Shown one piece after another: positions 46,399 to 55,991 of a stretch of 64,000 nt of DNA. Position 1 is the first letter of the stretch. The number at the start of each line of letters is the position of its first letter. Source of the stretch: Paramoeba atlantica (lineage: Eukaryota > Protista > Discosea); contig CDRNVI010000023.1 of assembly GCA_977017575.1 (NCBI GenBank), positions 186,001 to 250,000 on the forward strand. The letters are read 5' to 3'. Made by a program: the position numbers and the translations under genes. Under the pieces are notes generated by a model. That model saw only the letters and a program-made list of their open reading frames with translations. It did not search any database and was not told the DNA's origin.

Positions 46399-46585
46399 AC
46401 AAGTCCAAAGGACCTCACTACTCCAATCGTAGTGGAAACAGAGCCGTAAAAGGCCTCGGATCTTAAAATCCGGAACGTAGAACAAGTCCGAAGGACCTCA
46501 CCACTCCAATCGCAGTGGACATAGAGCCATACAAGGCCTCGGATCATAAAATCCGGAACACAAAGTCCAAAGGACCTCACTACAC
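46399..46585. repeat. ~80 bp tandem repeat (2.3 units), also at ~41230-41375
   Basis: AAGTCCxAAGGACCTCACTACTCCAATCGTAGTGG...AGGCCTCGGATCxTAAAATCCGGA units. Confidence 0.8.
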
Positions 46586-47329
46586 AAAAGAAAACGTTTC
46601 ACCGAGGAGTCCGCCGTTCTCCGTACTACGAGGCGGTCGCATTTCGAAAGTAGACAACTTAAAAAAAACCTAAGACATAATTCGCAATGAGAAAAAAATA
46701 CGCTCCATGCTGATAGCGTCGTGTAAAAATCAAATATACAGATATTCAATAACCAATACAGTATTCAAATTCAAGGTATGGAGAAATAATCCATAACCGT
46801 TAAAAGGCATACATGTATGACAATTACATGTTGTAACTAAAATTTCTCCCTCACACTTCGTCGCAATTGGCGACAACGCCGGGCTTGGGACCGGTAACAA
46901 GCGTGTTTATGAAGTCCGGGATAATGTACTTTTCGTGAAATATTTCAAAAAAAAATGCCTTTTTTTCATGTATTTTTGACCCGTTACTCATGTGGGGGGC
47001 TCCACATGTGAAAAAAATACGGGAAACGTTCCACTTTTTTGAGATCTGTCGAATGGGGAAAGAATTAAGTCAAAAGCTCTCACGGTGTACTTTGTGGCCT
47101 GGGGGGCCGACAATGTGGCCTGGACTGTATTTTTCCTGGAGCACTGCGCTTGCAAAACATCTCGGGACATCTTATCCCGATGAGGCCGTTTCTTTTCGCT
47201 TTCCCGGGGAGGATATCCCGCGCTTTTCCCTGTGTCGCCGCGGAAGGCGAAAGTGTCCAGCAGGAAAGGTTGATTGCGTTTACCCCCGCTGGGCCCAAAT
47301 ATCTCTACAGGTACTGCCCTGTATGAACA

Positions 47330-47560
47330 ATGACAGAAATGCAAGGCAAATTGTATGGTGGACCGAATTCAGCGATAAATAAGGGATCACCATACTACCT
47401 CTTTCCATGTACGATAGATTCCATGTACAATTTTGTATTCGATTATCCATGTTATGATTTTTCGATAGCAGAGTCATGTGATGTTTCAAGGAATCCTAAA
47501 GTCCTTCCGGGCCAGATCCATCCCCTGTGTCTTCATACAATTGCTCCAAAATCTCAGTTC
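47330..47560 (-). pseudogene. Partial copy of the hAT fragment at 34150-34350
   Basis: Shared text CAGAAATGCAAGGCAAATTGTATGGT and GATGTTTCAAGGAATCCTAAAGTCCTTCCGGGCCAGATCC. Confidence 0.75.
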
Positions 47561-47683
47561 AAATTGCTCAGTTCAATTGCTCTCGTTAAATAGTAGTTTC
47601 AACAAAATTTGGTTTTCTCAACAAAATAATTCGAGTAGTATTTCAACGGCTCTAAAACAATTCTTTTTTTATATGCAACTACA

Positions 47684-48649
47684 ATGTTCAATCTGATACT
47701 GGTTTGTTTTATTTTTGCAGTAGACGATTCTCCGCAGCCACCTCCGCAAAAGCGACGAAAATTCGGTAGCAAAGTTAGCTCGGTTACAATGTCCGAAACT
47801 GACATGATGCGTCGGCTCGTCCAATATGTCGAGGGCCAGCCTCCAACATGGAAAAAGCGGCCTTGCGCATGTTCTTGGAAAGGAGTGAAGTGTAACGGTG
47901 AGTCTCAAGTCACACACCTTCAGTGGAAGCGCTTCGGTCTCTCTGGAAATCTCACATGGCAATTCCTGCCTCCACATGTAGTAGAGGTTAACGTGCAACG
48001 TGATATGTACAGGGATCCAACAAAACTGGAAGGGGCATTATCCTCCACCGATTTGACCGCCCTAATGGAGTACTTTAATGTTGAAGAGCATCACCATCAC
48101 GGAGTATTCGGATTCACAACACTTCCAGCACCGATGAAAATCCTCATTCTATCAAAGAACCGATTGGAGGGTCCCGTCGATCTCACTCAGCTGCCCCCTA
48201 ATATTGAACAAATTCGTGCTGACCGCAATTTATTTGATGGCACGATAGACCTTTCTGCACTGCCTGCAAGAATGTCTCAGCTTTCGCTAAGTTTTAATCA
48301 ATTAAGTGGTACGCTTGATCTTGTACACCTTCCGTGTACAATGCACAAGCTTTACCTCGGATTCAACAAGTTTGAAGGGAAACTGGATGTCTCTTCACTT
48401 CCCTCAAGTCTAGGAATTCTTAATGTTTCGAATAATGAACTCGAGGGAGATGTGGATTTTACAGCATCAGGTTTAAAAGAAAAGTATATTCACCTGGATG
48501 GCAACGCCATTGAGGCTGTGATTTACGAAAAAGGGGCTTCTAGAAGCCGTCATGAAATGGACAGTTCTGTAACCAGATATACCCCAGAAAGCTACGCACT
48601 CAGAAAAATACGAAAATTTCACATAAATCCGAAAGCGATGGACAGTTAA
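47684..48649 (+). CDS. LRR protein, paralog 3 (C-terminal frameshift)
   Basis: 321 aa; 2 extra nt near 48604 change the last residues. Confidence 0.9.
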   Translation: MFNLILVCFIFAVDDSPQPPPQKRRKFGSKVSSVTMSETDMMRRLVQYVEGQPPTWKKRPCACSWKGVKCNGESQVTHLQWKRFGLSGNLTWQFLPPHVVEVNVQRDMYRDPTKLEGALSSTDLTALMEYFNVEEHHHHGVFGFTTLPAPMKILILSKNRLEGPVDLTQLPPNIEQIRADRNLFDGTIDLSALPARMSQLSLSFNQLSGTLDLVHLPCTMHKLYLGFNKFEGKLDVSSLPSSLGILNVSNNELEGDVDFTASGLKEKYIHLDGNAIEAVIYEKGASRSRHEMDSSVTRYTPESYALRKIRKFHINPKAMDS

Positions 48650-50162
48650 CGTGACTACGTTTCTCGTTTCCTCTTATTTACGTTTTTCTTTACGTTGTTT
48701 CAGTTTATAGTTGTTTTCAGCTCAATATTAGCTCTACACTTCAAAGAAACGAGTTCATTCCCGAATCTCACGTGGTGTACTCATCGACAGACTGTGTTCC
48801 TATCCTACATAAGTCATACCGTGTCATTGTATGCTTGTTGTCTCAGAAACTCCATTGAAACCTTGGTGGTACGTTGGATAGAATCAAAAATGACATCCAA
48901 CCCAAAAATCGAGATTATTAGTGTCGGCCAATGAGACAACAGTCAAACAATTACGATCTGAACGCAAGCAAGAGTGTACTAACACGATGAACAGGTTTTG
49001 CAAACGTTGCCGCATTGTTATTGAGCGAAACGCATCCTCTTGTTGGTATTACGGATAATTTTTGACCCATTGTCAGTTTTTGAATTTACAAATCGTATTT
49101 TTGACCCTTCGATCAAAGGGGGGTACTCCCAACCCCCTCGGAAGCTGCTTATCCTAAAATATACAACTCTGCGAGAGCTCTCGAATGCGCTATTATTTTT
49201 CAAAATTCGACAATTTTTACGAATTTTAGGCCCCCCCACCATAGGATTTTTCACTCCTATTTAAAGGGCTATTATAAGTGTATATTGCGGTGGTTGTATA
49301 ACTACCGCTCTACCCTCGATTATTGAAAAAAAAGTGAACAAAAACAGTGAAAATAAACCCCCCACAGCGAAAAGTCACCCCCCTCTAACTTTTCAGCCAA
49401 GTGTCCGTTTGAGCTCATTTTTGTTGCATTTTGCTGTTCCCAACACAAAGACTTTGCGCGTTATAGCATGGAACCAAGGCTCTCAAATGCGTGCATCCGA
49501 TAGATGGATTATCACTTTCTTCACATTTTTCAAGAGCAATTTCTCACACTTTAACAAAATAAATATTCTCCTCCCATGAGAAATTCAATTATTCTTGTCC
49601 GTTTTTGCTGATTTTTGTTGCGAACGAGAGATCTCGTTCTCCTAGCAAAGATCTTTGCCGCTATTTTTTAATATTGACCCACTTGTGCCCCCTGGCCGCG
49701 GAGTGTTTGTTTTCTTAAATTAGTGTGGTATGACGATGCAAAAAAATAGAACCTAAAAACAATTTTTTTTTCAGTTTCTAGAATGATCTAAAAATGATGG
49801 GAACGTGTAGATCTCAGAATTTTGAACGAGAAAATGATATCTTAACCCCCTTAGGCCCCTTCAAGCAAAAAGTAAAGGGGACAGCTTAAAAAAGTTGATT
49901 TATCACCGTTTCAAGAAAGAACCAATCAAAGACAAATATTCCACCACGTGACAAATTGAATGTTTGTTATCTGTTTTTGATCATTTTTGTTGCAATCGAG
50001 AGATCTCGTTTCCCTAGCGAAGATCTGTGACACCATTTTCATGTTACCCCCTTCTCCCCCCCCTTGGTCGAGGAACATGAGATTTTTCGGGTAATATTGG
50101 CATGACTATGTAAAAACGTCATTAAAAAATGAGTTTTAATTTGTTATCTGTTAAGAGGTCAC

Positions 50163-50463
50163 GGTGGCCTCCGTTAAGGACCACTAGACGTGTCCCTCGC
50201 TGCCTGCGTTTACGGCTCTCCGCACCTGACGGTCGCCCAGCTCTCCGCACTTCGGCTCTGTCGCAGCTCTCTGCACCCGGATTGCCCCCCAAACTGTAAT
50301 ATGGGGATTACGCATCCGACTCTCCGCACCTGCACATGACAACCGAGCTCTCTGCACCCATTCTCCTCCAGCGAGGGCAAATCCTCACGTGATCCACCCG
50401 TCGTATGCGGGTAAGGACAATGTGAGGCAAATCTCTGCACTCTAAGTGCATGAATAAACAACA
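50163..50463 (+). mobile_element. 5'-truncated SINE-like family member, copy D
   Basis: GGTGGCCTCCxTTxAGGACCACT block, ACCCGTCGTATGCGGGT hairpin and ATCTCTGC...GCATGA(A)TAAACA tail shared; middle has GCTCTC(C/T)GCAC repeats. Confidence 0.65.
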
Positions 50464-51121
50464 AGTGATATCAGTGATATCTTTGTATTGTCATTGCCCC
50501 CGACTTGTCCCCGCTTTCGTATCTTGGTACTAGGTGACATATCCTCTCATCGAATGTAAAAAGAGGATATGTCACCTAGGAGGACAAGTGAGGGGGGGTG
50601 ACGGTAAGAAGAAATACAAAATAAACATACTTGCAAGTAAACGAGGGCACGGGTTAGCATGCCTATATCATCATATCATGCTCCCCCGGCACGTTATCGT
50701 GAAATGGGGTCTTATAACATGCCCCCCCCTTCTGATTTGCTCGGCGAGGCCGAGCCTTTTTTTTGGTACTATATATTTCCCTCTTGTTTCTTTAATCTTT
50801 ATTTATTTTAAGCCTCTCTTCAGGAAGCTGCTGATGAAGATGTTGAGCTACTGATAGTAGAGTTCTCCGACCTAAGTTCGATGGACACTCTAGGTTCGAT
50901 GGACATCGTTGGGTCTTTCCCTCGCCTAGGATACACAAATCATGAGCATATCTCTGTCCCGGGGGTCGCATACTCTTTTGTTCCCCCAGAGGTCGCAACA
51001 GCGCCGACATTAACTTCCCCAAGCCCATCTGTACCAACAGACCCAAATGGAAGAGCCTATGTTTGTACTATACAGGAGTGGATTCAGATAACAAAGTCGG
51101 GAATAATTGAAACCATGAGTA

Positions 51122-51565
51122 CCGTTACCCCCCCTTAGATATCCTAGTACGCTACTTATCCTCTTTTGTGGTGAAACCTCTGGGTCACGAGAGGATAAGT
51201 AGCGTACTAGTTTACAGAGAAAATTTTCAGAATTTTTTCTTAAAAAAAATCAGTAGTAAATTTTTTAAGAGTTGTGCACAGTTGTATTCAGAATAGAAAT
51301 ACATCGATAGATACATGAGCGTGTACAAAAACAATTATGTTCACCATATAATATAGTATACTATTCTATACTACCATACAATATAGTATAGAACACATCG
51401 GAGCGGTTGTATCGTGCTAAAAACACTTTTGGCGCAAAGGTCGCTCGAACTTCTTCTAGTACGCTACTTATCCTAGTATGCTACTTATCCTAGTACGTTA
51501 CTTATCCTCAAACTGTCCATTTCGGAGACGGAATGCGGGATATCTAAGGGGGGGGGGGGTAACGG
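51122..51565. mobile_element. pogo-like MITE with internal TAGTACGCTACTTATCC repeats
   Basis: TA-CCGTTACCCCCCCTTAGATATCC / GGATATCTAAGGGGGGGGGGGGTAACGG-TA. Confidence 0.85.
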
Positions 51566-52227
51566 TAAGTAAGTGAAGTTGGATATAAATAAATAATTTA
51601 ACAGCGAGGTCAAAACCAATTTTTGTGTCGATTGCTTTCCTTATTTTTTTAAACGAAGGTTCAGAAATTTAGCATGCCTGTAACACCATAACATGCCTGT
51701 AGCACCATAACACGCCCCCCCCCGGCATGTTAACCTGTAACGCCGTTTATAGTATAACGCAGGTATAACGTGTAGGTAGCGAGTAAGTACTGGGAAAAAA
51801 AATCAATAACGTACAAATTTCGATGGATATAATTTCGATGGATATTTTTTATGTGGTCATTCAGACTCCCCCATTTTGAGCGCACCTCGTTTTTCATAAA
51901 AGGTTTCATAAAAGAGGACAGTAAATGTTTCAATGGAGATACATCGGGAGATGTACATCGGGGAGTGTAACAGTAATTCTATCAATACATCAGTCAGCGT
52001 ATACTCTGTCTAGAAGACGAAGAATAGGTTACATTTTCTTTTGAAATATTTTGTTTTTGTGCCACCGTTTCTTTTTGCCCGACGAAGCAACGCAGATCCT
52101 TTTCTTTTCTACTTTTATAGTCATACCCCATCATAAGTCGAAAAATGCATTCAAGAAAGGCCGCCGTATACAATACGGCTCCGCAACATCACATCGGGTA
52201 AGTCACAATGTGGTAGGCTCCTAAGTA

Positions 52228-53754
52228 GTGGAAAAATGTCACTCAATGCTTTATAATGTACTGAATGTTACTGCGTTCCGCATTCCATCGTGCACGGCCG
52301 TGTGCGCTTTGGCCAGAGATGCTCCTTCCAGAAGCGCATATTCACAAGCAGGTTCTGGGTTAAGAAAATCATCAGTCACGCTTGCCCGTTCCCTTTCTAT
52401 GCCGAATAATTTGAATGGATGTGTCGTACCTAGGACTTTTTTACCCGGACTCAACTTGCACATTCATAAAACATTGTCCTATCGTCTGTTATCCTTCGGG
52501 GAAAAAGAAACTCTGCAACGGCGGCTCAGACGGCTCGCAGGGCATAAGGTCACTCAAAATGATTTTATGCGACAGGCGCTGAGAAGATGTCTTGGACTTG
52601 AGCGGGCGTATAGTTCCTTTATCAAGTCACGTCTGTGCGCAAAAGTGAGCATATTTTTCTCCAGTAACTGTTTGCCTAACCGTACTGTGCCACGATTCTT
52701 GAATCAGCAAACAAGGCGAGATGGTGCTCGAGCTTATGAGTTCTTGCCTGTTATGGGTCGTCATAAAGGGGTAGAAAAACATGGAAAGGCAGGAACCAAT
52801 ATAACAGAACCAACATCTATGTATGCTTCCTTACCACATTTACGTACAGTTTCCGTGCTGGGTGACATCAGCGTATCTACTCACAACAAAATAACAATAA
52901 GGAGAAGATGCACATTGCTTAATAAAACGTCATCTGGAATCCATTTTCCCTCCAATAATTGGCTGAATGGACTTACGGTTCAACGCATAAAACCAAAAAT
53001 TCACCGGATGCGCAATGTTTTCTGCTCTATTTCTCACGAAACAGAACTTGCTGCGGTTGTAACGTGGCGAAGTTCAAAGTCCTCTGGATCTTGTCAAATA
53101 GTGAAGCATCTAGAATGCTTTGGAATTGATATCATCGACCTATCGCGTATCATATCGTTAAACAGTGATACTTCTCGACGTCGAAAGTTTATTTTTCGAT
53201 ATGTACCACTAAGTCAGCACCATGGTATAAATTCGCTGCTCAAAGCCGAAAACGCCCAAATCAAGCATTTGGCGTCTCATTTGAACAAGCCCGATGCGAA
53301 CCTCCCGTGGTACAGCATACTAATTGCGGCATACTTCGGGCTAAATGAGGCGATTTCTAAGGCACTGCAGCGTGCAGTACTTATTCCTGTCAATGACGCC
53401 CTATCGGAAGTTCGCATCACTCCACAGCTCTTCAATATTTTAGACGTGAATCCAAAGCGCAGAATGTATTCTGAACCAGATTCTCTTCTCAACACTTTTC
53501 CATCGAATGTGCGCATTACACCATCCTGTAGGTCTAAGACAAGTGACCCCAATGATTGGAAATCTTTAAGCTTGGAATGTGAACCGAGCAACCCGTCCAG
53601 CTCAACAATCTGGAATCATCTGCCCGTGCGATTCAGTGAACTTGACCCAACGTTGAAGTACACGACTTGTGAGGTCTTCTTTTCAATCATCGCACCTTCC
53701 GAAGCAACTTACAATGCACCGCTGCATGTGATGGTTGTCGTTCGCATTCAGTAA
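52228..53754 (+). other. 508-codon ORF antisense to the decayed hAT; coding status unclear
   Basis: Long stop-free frame continuing in frame to 54078 after one TAA; no recognisable domain. Confidence 0.3.
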
Positions 53755-54330
53755 AATATGACAAAGACATGCGCTGATGGCATTTCGCCCACTCTGGAGA
53801 ATTATTTACTCGTAATTGACGAGAGATCTGACTTTCAGGTGGGTCTTACGGTCCGGGCGGCAGCGAAATCCTTTTTTTTTTGTAATCATATCTTTTGTGG
53901 GATGAGTATATGTCCACTAAGAACTCTTTCAACTCCACCGTCTATGGCGAGTCCAAAAAAATTAGCTCCATCTAATAGATTATATGGTTCGTCGAATGTC
54001 TTCCCAGATCATGTCAGCAACTCGGCGTTCATTGATATGAAATTCGAGAGGAGAAAGAAGGATCGATGCAGTTTCTGAAGGATGTAAGTCGGGAGGAAAT
54101 TCTTGGAATAAATGTTTTACGCACTCGAGGAATCCTTCCGTAAAAAGATTGCTGTGAGCTGCAAAGCATGGAGTGCTTCGGATAGGAACTCCTCTAGCGA
54201 CTTAGGATTTGTAACTTCAGTGGTGTCTTCCATCCCCTGCTGCGCCTTAGAGCAGCACTCTTCCAAATGTTTGTAACAAAAAAACGCTCACTTGCTAGGG
54301 TCACCCATCATATCCAATACTGGCTATGTA

Positions 54331-54360
54331 GCACCTTCGATGAATATTCATCGAAGGTGC
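54331..54360. repeat. Perfect 30 bp palindrome
   Basis: GCACCTTCGATGAATATTCATCGAAGGTGC equals its reverse complement. Confidence 0.95.
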
Positions 54361-54539
54361 GGCACAGATCTACACGCGCAAGTCAGCGAGTGCCTTTTCA
54401 AATACGGCACCTCAAAGTACACTCCTCTTCTCATTAATTTCTATTGCGGTGAAGCCAGGTCACCGCTCCCCTTTAATCGAATGCGTTCCGTAGCCAAGGT
54501 ATTAATAAAACAAAGCAAAAAAAAATAATAACTTGTTTT

Positions 54540-55930
54540 CCCGACAACCCAGGGCGCTCCAGCTGAGGAGCGTGGACAAGCCCCTTCCCCCGAAAATTTA
54601 GCAGAGCTCCTTGGGAGGGGGTCCTTACGTAAACTGTACGCACTCCAATACCCGGCTTGGAAGGAATACACTGCCGGTGTATGCCATGATTTTATTAACA
54701 AGTCAGTGGAGGGCAAGGTCGAGATAGCCTGGAACCTCCTCCTCGCCGTTAAACGTTTCCTTTTTCTCCCCGAGGACAAGCTGTCGCAACGCCAGCTAGC
54801 GCGCGAACTTAGAATGCGTGCCATTTAGAGGGTTCGGAGACCTTGGCTCCATCCCCGAGTCAGGCCAACGGCCCCCCGTGGTCTGTCAAAAAACGGGTCG
54901 AGGAATTGTGCAGGGAGGGTTGCTTCTCCAGGGCGGCCAAAACGATGGAGGCGCCCCTCAATCCTCCGGCCAACCCCACTGCGGCCCTAGAACAGGCAAA
55001 ACGTCTATACCCCACAGGCGGGCCCTACACTGCGGGGAAATTCAGGTACAATAGGGGCCGACACGGAACCCTACCCTCCCCCGCCGATGTGGCCAGGAAG
55101 GCCCAAAGCCTGGCCCCTATCCGCGCCCCCGGACCTACGGGATGGACCAAGGAACTGCTTGTCCCAGTCCTCATGGAAGATGGATCCCGCGACTGTGTCA
55201 CGTGGATAATCCACGGGATAATGACCAACTCCCCCCCCCTCAATGAGGGAACTGCTCACGGGGGCATCCTTAAAACTATTCACCAAACCGGACTCCCCGG
55301 CGGGGCACCACTCTTCCTACAGGCCCATTGCCATGGGAGAGTGCATCCTCAAGGTGGCGGGGCTCCTTGCCCTGGAGAAAATCCGGGAACATCTCCCCAC
55401 TTACTTTCAGGGCATCCAGTTTGGAGCCCAATACACGCAGCGGTGTGAGCACATAATTTATAATGTGCGACAGCACTTCAGGGACAGGCCGAAGGAGGTC
55501 ATCGTGGCTGCAGACCTCGAGAACGCTTTTAATAGCATCTCACGGTCGGCAATTTTTAGGGCGGTGAGGGGGGATTCGAAACTTCTCCCCATTGAGGGCA
55601 TCACCCTTTTCATCTACGGCACCACAAGTATCCTTCAACTTGGGGAAGGCCAATGCATCACGAGCTCAAGGGGGGTCAAGCAAGGTGACCCCATGGCTCC
55701 CATCCTATTTGCCATAGGGATCCAGGGGGCAATCGCCAGAGTGGCGGCCAACTTCACAGGCACGCTGAAGGTCTGGGCGTACCTGGATGACGTCACCTTT
55801 GCTGGTGAAGCCCTAAAGGCCCTCCGCGAGGAGCTGAAACATCTTGGGCTACGGTTAAATACCGCTAAATGCAAAGTAGCTACCAGACGCGAGGACCTCT
55901 TCTCCGAGTTCTCCGGATCTCGCAAGATCG
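54540..55930 (+). mobile_element. CRE-clade non-LTR retrotransposon fragment (pre-RT + RT), frameshifted, 3'-truncated
   Basis: EGCFSRAAKTM, YRPIAMGE, QFG, DLENAFNS, GVKQGDP, AYLDD, GLRLNTAKC. Confidence 0.9.
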
Positions 55931-55991
55931 ATACCTCAATCTTAAATTATTCTTAGATCTTCCTTTCCCTTTTTTTCCACTCTACCCACCC

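Larger units (their letters stand above)
51960..54420 (-). pseudogene. Heavily decayed hAT-like transposase
   Basis: Motifs in order but in different frames: YKHLEEC, NLFTEGFLECVKHLF, NFFGLAIDGG (cf. GMAIDAG at ~11010), WCNAH, HPVNFW, LCPAS...RVSFS. Confidence 0.5.

Noticed and set aside
46399-46585. CRISPR-like array
   Set aside because: Whole units are duplicated with no unique spacers, no cas genes are present, and the context is eukaryotic. The same applies to 28001-28195.
2469-53754. Stop-codon reassignment suggested by in-frame stops at 2469 (TAA), 14350 (TAG), 22988 (TAA) and 53752 (TAA)
   Set aside because: TRAP1 (929 codons), ORF2 (over 1100 codons) and eight intact LRRs have no internal stops, and several end in TAA. 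Nonsense mutations in decaying sequences explain the cases.
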